NCBI GenBank assembly: GCA_951406725.2
Contig: OX597828.1
Coordinates: 4,836,001 to 4,900,000, forward strand
Length of the DNA stretch: 64,000 bases
Source: Octopus vulgaris
Lineage: Eukaryota
Direction of reading: 5' to 3'
A program made the position numbers and the translations under genes. Shown one piece after another: positions 12,077 to 24,482 of the stretch. How positions within the stretch are numbered: position 1 is the stretch's first letter; the number at the start of each line of letters is the position of its first letter. The notes below the pieces were generated by a model. That model was given only the letters and a program-made list of their open reading frames with translations. It ran no database searches and was not told the DNA's origin.

Positions 12077-12526
12077 TAATTTCTTATTATATTTACAGCA
12101 GCAATATTAACGTAATACAAAATGTGAAGCGGCATTGGAACTCTGACATGTGAAATGTTTAAGATTGACAGTCAAACGTCTACTGTGTTGCGTTAATTGT
12201 ATTTATTCATTTATTGTTAACTAACCATTTAACGCCTGTTATCGGTAATTAACGATGCTTCACATAATGAGAGTTTATGGGTAGAAAACGATAATATTGA
12301 AATCTTGGAAGAGATCAAAGATGTGTCTACGTTTGAAGAAAATCATTTCATGCAAAGTAATTAGAATATCAGCCGGTTGTTGCAGAAACATCAGCATTTG
12401 TATATGTTATACAGACACGCACACAAACCCACGCACATGCACACGCACGCCCCCCCACACACACACACACACACAACACACCCAGTTCACCACAGAAATA
12501 TTAATGCATATATCTTTATATACATG

Positions 12527-12558
<32 letters not shown>

Positions 12559-13053
12559 CGTGTGTGCGTGTATATATATATATATATTCTTTATATATCT
12601 ATATATACGTAGATACAAGCACAATATATGTATGCATTTATATATATACACACACACAGACACACACACACACAAATATATATATACATGGAAATGTGCG
12701 CACGCGTAGTGCTTGTTTGTGTGTGCATGTGTACGTGTGTGTGTGTGTTTGTGTACGGATATGTGGTTGTGTTTATGTATGTGTGTAGGAATATTTAACT
12801 GTTTACACCAAGCCTAATCCTTAACCTTACAATAAGCTGAAAAGAATCTCAATAAATAATTTCCTCTGCCTATTGATTATTGAGGCGTTATCGCATCAAG
12901 ATGAAATTATTTTATATCCTAATGATTGCAATGAATAATTTATTTTCTATATTATAAGAGGAGATTTAAATGAGAATTGCTCAGTTCTGCCTCCCCCCAC
13001 GCCTTGGATTTTCCCTGGTTTTGTGATTAATTCATTAAAAGTAATTGCATTAC

Positions 13054-13166
13054 TTCTTCTTTTTCTTCTTCATCTTCTTCATCTTCTCCTCCTTCTTCTT
13101 CATCTTCTTCTTCTTCTTCTTCTTCTTCTTCTTCTTCTTCTTCTTCTTCTTCTTCTTCTTCGTCAT

Positions 13167-13207
<41 letters not shown>

Positions 13208-13224
13208 AAATTATCATTATTATT
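13054..13224. repeat. (CTT)n-(CAA)n trinucleotide arrays
   Basis: Visible tandem repeats. Confidence 0.95.
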
Positions 13225-13436
13225 AAAGCGGTGAGCTGGCAGAATCGGTAGCACGCCGGGCGATATGCTGAGCGGCATTTCGTTTGTCGTCATGTTCTGA
13301 GTTCAAATTCCGCCGATATCAACTTTGTCTTCCTTTGGAGGTCGATAAATTAAGTACTAATGAAATAGTGAGGTCGATATAATCGACTAGTCCCCTACCA
13401 CAAAATTTCAGGTCCTGTGCTTATGATAGAAAGGGC

Positions 13437-13440
<4 letters not shown>
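13225..13440 (+). mobile_element. SINE family A, full-length copy followed by a long (ATT)n tail to 13596
   Basis: GCGGTGAGCTGGCAGAATCGGTAGCACG (A-box-like), GAGTTCAAATTCC (B-box-like), 3' AAATTTCAGGTCCTGTGC...GAAAAGG. Confidence 0.9.
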
Positions 13441-13470
<30 letters not shown>

Positions 13471-13475
13471 ATTAA

Positions 13476-13596
<121 letters not shown>

Positions 13597-13731
13597 GAGT
13601 GAGGGAGCAGTGCATGTCATCAAAGTGACACTGGGGTAAAATATAAAATGCCCAGTATACCCATCATGACTACCTGTATGATAAGGGCACACCAGGCACA
13701 TGCATCACATCCACATGCGCATGTCATGGTG
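13597..13731. mobile_element. Partial copy of the ~555-bp (ATT)n-flanked repeat
   Basis: Close match to 21039-21172 (GAGTGAG..AGCAGT...CATCAAAGTGACACTGGGGTAAAATATA). Confidence 0.9.
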
Positions 13732-13734
13732 CCT

Positions 13735-16270
13735 CTTCGGGGGCTCCAATCCGAAGATGTACTGACAGAGATAATTTCCGACATTCAGCATATCTCAAAA
13801 CCAAAACAGGTTGCGGGCATTTCAATGTCCTTCAAGACTGAAACTCCGGTTGCCAGGTACTCTGCTATTCTTTGTCGGCGCAAAAAACGTGCTCCACTCG
13901 TATCTAGAAAGAAGGACTGCGGTAAACAGCCCAGGAATTCTACCTGAGGTGACCATATGGTGGATTTTAGCGTGTATCACTTTGGAAGAAAATAATGGCC
14001 TTCTGGAGTTGAAGCGGACCCATCTGGGATTTATGTACGTCTGTGGTTGCTACTCCATGTTAAACCGGATACGATCCAGAAAATCCAAAACCTCATTCAC
14101 TTTCAGGAGACGAAGAGCGACACGGTTGGTGGTAGAAACCTCAGTGCCTCATGTTTAAAGTGTCATGTCACTTGAGAAATTTCTTGCTCCAACTGAAGAC
14201 AAAGAACCCATAAAGTAACCAAATACCTCAACTAAACAAGCAACTATCAACAACAAAAGTGATACCAACCCCGGCAACAAAGGCATCATCAACAATGGTT
14301 ACAGTAAAATCAGAAAACGCTGGAAGAACATCAACAACATCAGAAATGGTAGTAATAACTGACACACACAACTCTAGGAGCCCTCCCAGTGAGGCTCTAC
14401 CATTCCCATCCTCTTCCTTTTCGTCGAAACTCAAATACAATATACACTCACACCCCGATTCCACAGACACGCATACATCTGCATCACGCAGTGAAAATAA
14501 GTGAGAACTAAATAACCCAAATGAGCCAAAAATAACACGCAATAAAACATCATGCCCCACAGCAACACACACTCCAAAAACATAATGGAAACAACCCCGA
14601 CAGCAACAACCAACAACACAAGCAAAAGGTTTCGTGCTTGTGAGATGGGCCAACAAAGAATTGATAGTTTTCATGGCACGAAGGAAGGACATCGAGAGAG
14701 GGTGTGATCACCAGCACCCGCACCGTTCAAGTGCCAGAAATACTGATAATGATGCGAATGACTCTGGAAGTATACAAAAATCTTACAGGAAGCTTCCTTC
14801 ATGACTTTGCAACAGCTAATGTAAAAACCACGAGTAGTCTTTGATTGTGGTTCCCGAACGAAACCCAAGACGTTACGGTACTTGCGGAGTAAGTAGTGTC
14901 CTTTGTTCCTTTTTCCGATTCTGTCCCGCCATCATGACGAATTTCAAGGTGTTGTCCTGGAAGTAAGGTTACTCGCTTAAACGACCTCATGTCGCTAACT
15001 ATGAAGGTGACGGCCGTCAGAGAAACCAGGATTTAGGACACACAAGATCTAGTCCCTATTTTCGGTGCTTTTGAGATTTCTGCACCTCTTAGTCGGCCTG
15101 GAAGGAAGGTTGGTGCTGCTTAGGAAAAGCCTGGATCAAGGGGTAGACAACCGTCTTGACCCCGACTGTTAATTTGGTGGTCCTGGATGTGAGCAATAGT
15201 GAATGTGGTGCTTCTAGACTAGTCACTGTTTAAGTCCTGTAACCAGATTTCTTCAGACGTTTGGAGGTTTTCCTTTCAATGTCTCCCTCTTTAGTTGTAG
15301 TAAGCGATTGGAATGTCATCTTGCTCGCCAGATTGAATAGGGTGGGTTAACTGATAGAAGAGGGGAGTGTAAAAGCTTCAAAAGCCTGCTCACTCAGTTC
15401 CAATTGACTGACAGGAACCTACTCACTTTCCTTAATGCACGTGGACAAACAGCATCGGGTCTTCCAGGATGTATGTAGACCTGTAAATAGAAATATCATA
15501 AGTTATCCACATTTGAAAGTCGTCGGTTATGCAGACCAAAAACTTGTGCTTTGTGCGATCGATATAGATAGGATCCATAGGCAACGCCCCGGATACTGGA
15601 AGAAGAACGCGTCTTCCCCGACGTGTCATGCATTCAGAGACCGGGTTAGCACATGTGTGCATCGGGAGTTGTCGGGGGCAATCGACGACAACTGATGGAG
15701 ATAAGTCTGAAAACTGCTATTAGGGTAGATTTGGCAGGATTCAGTAAAGAAATAATGTTAGAGGAATATAAGGGAGAGGGAAGCCTAGCCAGATAGCTAG
15801 AAGTGGCGCTTAATGTGCATTGTGACCGACATAATGGCGGTGAGATTAGATATTCATCAATTCTTTAATGCCAAACTCGAAGGTTGCGTTGTCAGAGCTG
15901 GCGCGCCTGTTCTAGGATACAACGGTGTAAAAGCCGCTCGATGTGCCCGGGCCGCAGAGATGGAACCTGGCTACAATGCCACAATTCGCTGAGGGGCAGT
16001 GATGAGCTGGGTTGCCAATCTCACCCACAAATAGGCAGAGAAAAATCTGTCCTTGAAAGGATAAGCGGAGTTAGTGATTGCGTAAAACGCATCTGTCATC
16101 TACTACCACCTGCCTATCGTCCTTTGCTCAGCTCCGTGGAGGATTAAGCTGGCGCTCTTGCTCCTCCATGTTTTGGGGAAAAGACGTGTTCCGCTCATCA
16201 GACAGTCTATCTGAACTCAGCAGCCGATGAGTGGACTAGGCATGCTGTGGCTAAAGCTGCGCAGATTTGT
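13735..16270 (+). mobile_element. L1/Tx1-type LINE 5' half: decayed ORF1 with zinc knuckle, and ORF2 APE endonuclease
   Basis: ~14125-14185 KPQCLMFKVSCHLRNF is a decayed CX2CX4HX4C. 15000-15620 gives AVRETRI, FFRRLEVFL..LVVVSDWNVIL and VGYADQKLV..RPGYWKKNAS (APE motifs GDxN, SDH and the GYWKLN pattern). Many stops and frameshifts. Confidence 0.75.
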
Positions 16271-16795
16271 ACTGAAGCTCCAACATCCCAAGCGTTCCCC
16301 TAACTTTGAATAGGTTTTGTAATATTTTATTGAAATCGTGAAATAGTTCTTTTTCTGATAAACACTACATATTTTCGCTACGTAGTCATTGGTTATATGA
16401 AATAAAGAAAACAAGGTGAAATAGTCGTAATAAATTTGGTGGAAGGTGGCAATGCGAAGATTGTTTAGATGTCTTAATATTGGTATTCTAACGAGTTATA
16501 CTCATCTATTCTGAAGATAAGTTATGTTCTCTACGCCAGATGTTTTCAGATGAATGCATATGGCCATTTCTTCACGCTTATTTTGAATTTTATGAACATG
16601 ATATTTCTTGCAAATATGGCATCGACAACAAGCTACTAACACGTATGATTCGTAGATAACGTCAAGGTCATCGTAGATCAGCTGCATACCATACTTACAG
16701 AGCGGCATGCCCAAAATTCAGCAATATGCTATAGAATATACCGTACGGAATGAAAATACAAGCCGTCTTAAATTACAGCAGGCGATTGAAGAATG

Positions 16796-16962
16796 ATTTC
16801 AAACTATGGCACAAAGCTATCAAGTTCGGTGGGGAGTGTAACTGGTCAACCCCAGTGTTCAACTGCTAATTTTTTATCGACCTCGAAAGGACGAAAGGCA
16901 AAGTTGACCGCGGCAGAATTTGAACTCAGAACGTAAAGACAGACGAAATGTCATTAAGCATT
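16796..16962 (-). mobile_element. SINE family A copy
   Basis: TTTATCGACCTCGAAAGGACGAAAGGCAAAG...ATTTGAACTCAGAACG. Confidence 0.85.
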
Positions 16963-17056
16963 ATATATGTGTGTATGTTAAGCATTATATATGTGTGTAT
17001 GTGCGTGTTTACTTGAATATACGTGTATATCGGTATATGTAGAATCATGTCATATT

Positions 17057-17270
17057 GTCGTGAGCTGGCAGAATCATTAGTACGCCAGGCGAAAATGCTT
17101 AGCGGCATTTCGTCCCTTCTTATGTTCTACGTTCAAATTCCGTCGAGGTCTACTTTGCCTTTCATCCTTTCAGGATCGATAAGATAAGTAAGCACCAGTT
17201 GAAGACTTGGATCAAGGTAATCGGCTGATCCCCTCCTTCGACATTGCTGGCTTTGTGCCAAAAGCTCAAA
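17057..17270 (+). mobile_element. SINE family A copy, head-to-head with the 16796 copy
   Basis: GTGAGCTGGCAGAATCATTAG...GTTCAAATTCC...GCCTTTCATCC...TTGTGCCAAAA, then (AAT)n. Confidence 0.85.
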
Positions 17271-17282
17271 CTAAATATAATG

Positions 17283-17351
<69 letters not shown>

Positions 17352-17479
17352 TATAGTGAAGATAAAGAAACAGGATAAATAATCAAACACTTATCTTAAG
17401 CAAAAGGTAACCACACAATCCAAAGAAACTATTAACAAAGCCAAAATTCAACATGAACAAACAAGATAAAACATTCACA

Positions 17480-17880
17480 ATATCCAAGTGCAATGATAAC
17501 TGATGTGGAACGTGTTAATAGATGCATAATGGTAGAACAAAAAATGGACAGATTTCCCCAATTGCAGATATGAACTGCGACAGCAGAAATTTGATCTACT
17601 GCTTTAAATGCTCGAATTTCATGAAACTATATATTGGCGAGACAGGAAGGCATCATCGGAACACTTACGCGTCGACAGACAACAATTCCGGAACACTAGT
17701 GTCCTCCAAATTCCATTGAGCGAACATATAGAAACATGTGGTCAGAAAAAAATTCTAATTTTTCCTTTCCATAAACTACATGAAACAAGTGAAGTTGGAA
17801 GAAAGATAAATGAAAAACTGTTTATTGAAAAGTTGAAACTTGTTAAAAACGGATATAGCAAAAATAATACCAGTTAATCA
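17480..17880 (+). mobile_element. Penelope-like element GIY-YIG endonuclease fragment
   Basis: SKCNDN*CGTC Cys cluster, then MNCDSRNLIYCFKCSNFMKLYIGETGR and SEHLR; LIY...YIG spacing is typical of PLE GIY-YIG domains. Confidence 0.8.
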
Positions 17881-18392
17881 TGTGGATTAAAAATAACTTT
17901 AACATATGAATATAAACAAATTAGAGAAAACACCCACCGGTTGAAATAAACACGATCGAAACCAACAAAGTTTGCTCACTCATGAAAGCATTAAATGTAA
18001 ACCGTAAGCTAATTGGTTAAAATAAAGGCGGGATGTATGTCAATAATATCAGTGCGTCCGGCAAACTGTGACATTTAAGCTGCATGCGGATTGATAAAAA
18101 AAATTCAGCTTGTTGGAGCCTTTTAAGAGGGAAAAATAAAAGGAAGAAATCAGTCATTTTATACAGTTATCAAGAACTCAACTGTCAGTTAGATACATTT
18201 TGAAATCTGATGATTACTACGAACGTATGGAAGCGCAATTTGAATTTAGTGTTTAACACACTTCAACATTAATTTTTTTTTTGTATACCATAATAAAAAA
18301 AACGTGAAAACCTGAGCATGTTTTAAATTTATTCAACTGATATATTATTCTGCACACAATTACACAAACTCGAAATGCATATATATATATAT

Positions 18393-18459
<67 letters not shown>

Positions 18460-18758
18460 TAGATATATAGATAGATATAGATATAGATTAGTATAACAAC
18501 TGAGATAATAACATACGTCTACTTTGACTATTTGGTTGTAATATGCATCTTTTCTATCAAAAATAGTTTTCTTAAATGGCAAGGTAGAACATTACAATGC
18601 ATTAATGATATGATTAGAATATAATTATAGCGCAAATTAGTTACTGAACTCCTCTTCACACAATCAATAAAGAAAAAGAAGCTTCTGACTTGAAATATTC
18701 TTGCAATGTACTCGGCTTCTGTATTTCTATGACACTAATATTTTTTGTAAAATAGACA

Positions 18759-18930
18759 AGGCGGCGAGGTAGGCGGGAAAAGTGCTTAGTGGCATTTCGC
18801 ACGCCTGTACGTTCTGAGTTCAAATTCCACCTTTATCCCATCGGCGGCGATTAAATGGGTAGCAGCTGAACACTAGGGTTAATGTAATCCATTTACCCGC
18901 TTCCCGAAATTACTTTAATTTTAAACGAAT
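18759..18930 (+). mobile_element. SINE family A, internally deleted copy
   Basis: AGGCGGCGAG...GCATTTCG...GAGTTCAAATTCC. Confidence 0.75.
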
Positions 18931-19265
18931 GTTTTATAGAATACGTGCTTGTGTTCAATACGAAATTCCATTAAAAGTCTACGATGTCTCTGTTATGTAC
19001 ATAATGTGTGAGTATGTGTTTAGTGCCCGATGAAAAGTGACGTTATTTTAACCCTGAAGTAAAATATGTACGTTATTGCATTACGTACGCGATGAGATTC
19101 ACGTACGTAAAAAGCAGTTGCGGTATAACATACATCGAATATACTCGAGCAAAATCTACTCAAAATTTAAAGGGTTTAAAAGATATTTGCTTTCTTATTT
19201 TAAAGCAATATGGTGCGAATTTGTGACTGGTTTAACTGTTATTTCTAATATTTACAGATAATGAT

Positions 19266-19658
19266 CATTTCTACTATAGGCACAAGGCCTGAAATTTTGG
19301 GGTAGAGTGTCACTCGATTATATCGACCTCAGTACGCAACTGGTACTTAATTTGTCGTCCTCTAAGGATGAAAGGAAAAGTCGACCTCAGCGGAATTGGA
19401 ACTAAGAACGTAAGGACAGACGAAATACCTATTTCTTTACTACTCACAAGGAGCTAAACACAGAGGAGACAAACAAGGACAGACAGACGAATTATGTCGA
19501 TTATATTGACCCCAGTGCGTAACTGGTACTTAATTTGTCGATTCCGAAAGGATGAAAGGCAAAGTCGACCTCGGCGGAATTTGAACTCAGAACGTAACGT
19601 CAGACGAAATACCGCTGAATATTTCGCCCGGCATGTTAACAATTCTGCCAGCTCGCAA
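19266..19658 (-). mobile_element. Dimeric SINE family A (two bodies with different 3' tails)
   Basis: The body GTCGACCTC.GCGGAATT.GAACT..GAACG occurs at ~19380 and ~19564; an internal tail lies at 19430-19490. Confidence 0.9.
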
Positions 19659-21038
19659 CCATAATTAGAGCAAATAATGAGAGGCTCCTATAATTGATTA
19701 TCAAACTTGTTCGGTGGAAATCAGTCCATTTAAACACAAAAATAATTGTTTAGATAAAGATTTTGACAATGATAGGTTAAAAGTGCAAAACTCGGGATAC
19801 ATTTATAGTAGCGACAAGAGAATGTTGATTTGCATTAAATGCACAAAATTTAGAGAACTTTTGCACTACTAATTGAATAAAATGTTTCAACTTATGAAAA
19901 TTGTTCTTGAAGCTGACTAACTATGTTTCGGTGACTTATCAAAGTGGATATTTTAAAAAGAGAAACGATATATCTGCAAATATAATTGTGAAACTATAAT
20001 TTACAAATAATAAGATTATAGAAATTTTAGAAGAATTGTACGAGGTACTAAGATCCTTGCTATGATAATAGAGAAAAATTGAAAATGTATTAACTATGTA
20101 GATTTAGTGTACCTATTTGCATTCTATGACAAAACGGATATCTCAAGAAACGGCGTGATGCTTTTGAAGCTAACTATTTGCCATGAATTAGTTTCAAATA
20201 TTTATGTATCAGACTGATCGCTAAAAAAATAAAAGTTACTTCGAAACGTACAGCTTTAAATGACGTCGATCTCTACAAATAATATGTAGGAAGATGTTTC
20301 ATCTATTCGTAGTTTATTTCACATCGTATTAGTTTAACAAAGAAACTGAAATTTATGATTATTTTATGTTTTTATGTATGTATGTATTTATCTATCTATC
20401 TATGTGTCTGTCTATATATCTACCTCATTCTCTATCTATGTATCTATCTATATATTTATCTATGTATGTATATGTTTGTGTAAATACGTGTGTATATGTA
20501 TATGTGCATACACACTTACATATATACACGCATACATTGATAAACAAACACATATAAATATATACGCATACGTATGAAGTGTATATCACTTATATTAATA
20601 AAACTGCCTTTGTTATGAAATATGTTCTCTACTTTTCTTACTTGACTCATTGATCTTCATATTATTATCTGTAAAATAAGCAAAGAATTAAAAAAATCGT
20701 ACGTGGAAATTAACACATATATGTGTTATTAACAGAAATGTTGTCGTGCGTACATTGTATTAATGAGAAGTTCAAGCGATTACTTTCAGGATATAGGACA
20801 TGATTTGGGAAATAACAAAATTATGATTCTGTATTAAATTTTCTGCATTAAATTTGGTGAGCTCGTTAAATGCTAAAGCCCAATGTGCTTTTCATCAACA
20901 TAGAGAAGACATTAACTGTTGCTTTGTCGCTAATTCTTTAAAGGCAGCAGGAAAAAATACTTCTTCTTCTTCTTCTTCTTATTCTTCTTATTCTTATTAT
21001 TATTATTATCATCATTATTATTATTATTATTATTATTG

Positions 21039-21591
21039 AGTGAGAGAGCAGTTCATGTCATCAAAGTGACACTGGGGTAAAATATACGAAGCCCAATATA
21101 CCCATCATGACTACCTGTCTGATAAAGGTACACCAAGCACATGCATCACAACCATATGTGCGCGACATGGTGATCTCATATCAAGATAAACAGCACATGA
21201 CCTTGCAGGTGGGGCCCAGTTAGAATTTTCTTCGGGTTGAGTAGCCCATCTCGCTCAAATGGTCCCTGAATAAGGGTTGTTTAAGGATGTTGAAAGAACC
21301 ACCCATGTTTCCAGAGGTGAACTATTCAAACCCCAAAGAATCCCTCTCAACACATGGCTATGATGCTCCCCCACTACTTCTGCTCGTGATCAGAGATGCA
21401 CATATCGTCAGCCACTAAGGGACATGCTCAACTGGTTAAGGTCAAACAACTGACAAGCAAATCTGTGGTATTGAGCAGAATATTTGCTGTAGCCCATCTT
21501 TTATACCAAGACAAAACAATGTACATGATAACACTTCCAATCAGTTAAGATCAGAAGCCATGAGAGCCACTGCCTGGTACTGCATCAGGGC
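21039..21591. mobile_element. Apparently full-length ~555-bp non-coding interspersed repeat flanked by (TTA)n
   Basis: Partial copies at 13597-13731, 52401-52632 (inverted) and 59881-60215; no long ORF; bordered by ATT repeats. Confidence 0.85.
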
Positions 21592-21599
21592 TATTATCA

Positions 21600-23190
21600 C
21601 TTGGTCACCTTCGGAATCGTTTTGTATCGCACGTTCGGTCCGCCATGGATGCTCACTCTCACCCATTCTCTACGTGCTGGCACTCGAGTTATTACTGCGG
21701 AACCTGGATGTTTTGAGAGGCATCCTGCGTGAACTGGGATGTCAGCGTTTACGGATGACATCACTGTGATAGTGTCGGACATCTCGGAAATTGAGATGGT
21801 CAACACTATTCTAAGGGAATACCTAACGGTAACAGGAGCAATGATCAACTAGAAGAAGTCAGTGGGCTTGCAGCTCGGTACCTGGAGAGGTAGACCTATG
21901 TCAGCCGACAGTATTGTGGGGTGCTGGGCGGAAGGACCTGTTAAGTTGCTCGGGGTTTGGTTCGGTCCGGATCTCCAAGTGGACAACAACTGGGATGAGG
22001 TGATAGATGGGGTGGCCAGTGTCACCAGAAATAGGCCGAGAGGAGGTTTTCCCTGAAAGGTCGGTAAGAGATGGCGATGTGTAAATCGCATCCGTCATAT
22101 ATTATCGCCTGACTGTCGTCCCTTACCCCGATTAGTGGCTGAATGGGCTGGTGCGTTTGCTCTTCTGCTTCCTATGGAAGGGACAGGTACCGCTTGTCAT
22201 ATGGCCCATTTGATGCCGTAGCTGAGGATGTGCATTTATGCGCTGAGGTTGTGACATCTCCAGCGATACCTTAACGGTGAGCAGGTATGGTCACTGTTGA
22301 ACGCGCTTTTCCGGAGATCATCTCTTTGACGGAGCTACAGTCCTGTATCGGGCGCTTGACACCTAGAGTGCATCCAAGTGCTTATAACCCTCGGCCAGTC
22401 GGGCAATGCGGTAAGTGAAAGTTCTACCTTGGAGTTCTATAGGAGATTAGTGGAGGGCTAGACTGATGACGTACTTGGAGAGGTGCTGGGCGTCGAGGGG
22501 GATCAACTGGTTGGTCTCTTGTGGAGGTCTTTCGGGACCGAGATCTACGGACAACTTCCAGAAAGCCCTGGCCTGGCTTGCTTCCGAGGGATGCTGCCGG
22601 TTCGAGATAAGCTCTTACAGGTAGGGGTTTGCAGTCAGTCGGGCTTGTCCGAGATGCATGCGGAGTGATGAAACAGTTCTGCATGCTCTTGTACAGTAGC
22701 CGCACATTGATGAATTCTGGGGCTTTGTCGAACAGTTATTGTCACGTGTATATTGATCCGGCTATCGTCCGCGTCCATTGTGAAAATCGCCCTGCCTCCT
22801 TCCTTTAGCAGTGTCGGAGGACATTTTTTCTCTGTCTGGTGGTTATGGCAAAAGCGGTTGTGGACGCGACTGAAAGGCTTCAATAAGGGTTTCTTTCCTC
22901 TTTGACCAATGCCTCATTGAATTTTTCAGGTTCCACCTGAAAAGGTAAGTGAGGTTGGTGAGGGAGCTACTGTCACCCAATAAATTCGTTGAAAGGTGGG
23001 TAAATGTGGCAACAATGGTCCGCGTGCATGGGTCTGCTCTAAGTGTGCACCTGTAGAACAGATGGAAGGGAGACTAGAATGTACCTTCCTGAGGGCCCCT
23101 TCGTGTTAAAGGGTCCAAAATGCGTGACGTCTCTTTGGTTATTTTGTAATAGATTCTAGTTGTATAAGGCCTCTACCACCTTTGATACGT
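21600..23190 (+). mobile_element. L1/Tx1-type LINE 3' half (RT to C-terminus), decayed
   Basis: RSVRHGCSLSPILYVLALE, FTDDITVIVSD, KLLGVWFGPDLQVDNNWDEV; collinear with 57740-59565. Confidence 0.9.
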
Positions 23191-23204
23191 TGTATATACA
23201 GCCT

Positions 23205-24130
23205 TTCTATGTCAGATTTTGGGTGGTGCATCCTAAATACTGTCATTAATATTCTTGTTTTCCTCTCTATTTTGATTACTTCATTTCGATTTCAGTTAAG
23301 AATATTCTAGCTATAACTAGCTGTAATAGGGGATGCAGCATCAACCATATAAGATATATGGTGCACCTTGTTCACGAACAGTTGGTCCGGTCTGTTATGC
23401 TTCATCACCTGATCTGTTTAGATTGGGAAATCCTACAGGATTTTGTTAGTCTCCGACTCCGTCACTCTTTGCAGTTTGTTCTCACGCAACATAATGACTG
23501 TCCCGAGCCCCCACCTTTCGCATAGTTTCCAATGTAGCACTTTTGCTACCTCGTCGTGTCGCCATAACATGTAGTGGTTTTGTGCACGTTTAGGGCATTC
23601 GTTTGTGATATGGGCAATGGTTTTATCAACTCTATTGCAGATGCGACACAGCGGAGATAATTCTTCATTCCTGAGGTTGACCATCTAGTTCGTGGCCAAA
23701 GTTTGGTTTTGGGCTGCAATGGCTACCTGGAATCGATTGTGAAGTCTCTTGCGCTGTTCTTCTTCATGTCCGTTTTGTACTTATTCCTTTGTTTACTCCT
23801 TTTCTCTGCTCTCAATACCCTCTCGTTCCTGACTCTCGAGTTCGAAACGCACTCATTCTTCTACACTTATCAGTCCCCTTCTTCCATTTGCTCTGTTCCT
23901 GAATAGGCGATCAGTATCTGAACGTGGATGATGGTCTCCATGTATCGTTAGGAGCTTCCTTGACTTCCTTTCCATCTCCATTAACTCCTCTGACCTCTTG
24001 AAGATTCCAACGCTATATTGAACTACTGCAAGCTCGCGCGAGTCTATTACCGAAATCATTTTCAGGTATTTAGATTTGAAATCAATGCTTTTCCCACTCA
24101 CCGCAGGTACTCCCTGTTTGTCTTTTCCTT
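23205..24130 (-). mobile_element. R4/Dong-clade non-LTR retrotransposon fragments (post-RT region, CCHC finger, start of RLE)
   Basis: HHPRSDTDRLFRNRANGRRGLISVE; CRICNRVDKTIAHITNEC; WRHDEVAKVLHWKLC; IL*DFPI*TDQVMKHNRPD. Confidence 0.85.
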
Positions 24131-24161
24131 CATGTCGTGATGTTTGATTCTATATGCCTCA

Positions 24162-24172
24162 TTACTACTACA

Positions 24173-24211
<39 letters not shown>

Positions 24212-24212
24212 G

Positions 24213-24249
<37 letters not shown>

Positions 24250-24260
24250 TACCACCACCG

Positions 24261-24312
<52 letters not shown>

Positions 24313-24334
24313 CACTACCACTACCACCACTACC
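24162..24334. repeat. (CTA)n/(CCA)n trinucleotide array
   Basis: Visible; the source of the poly-T/L/Y/V ORFs. Confidence 0.95.
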
Positions 24335-24482
24335 AGGCTTCTGTCAGTTTCCGTCCACCAAATTCACTCACAAGGCTTTGTCACCTCGGGGCTATAATCT
24401 TGCTCAATGTTCCGCGCTGTAGGGCTAAATCGAGAACAATGTGTTTCGGAAACAAACTTCTCACCATACAGCCACGCATGCT
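24335..24482 (-). mobile_element. SINE family B, 5' part
   Basis: Reverse complement of 40869-41030 (CAGTTTCCGTC, CACTCACAAGGCTTTG, ACAGCCAC). Confidence 0.8.

Noticed and set aside
13225-13320. tRNA-like A and B boxes (also at 40869-40940)
   Set aside because: These are SINE heads; they lack a cloverleaf and acceptor stem and continue into SINE bodies.
14228-14692. 154-aa minus ORF and 81-aa S/T-rich plus ORF
   Set aside because: They lie in the low-complexity tail of the decayed Tx1 ORF1; the minus ORF is its antisense shadow.
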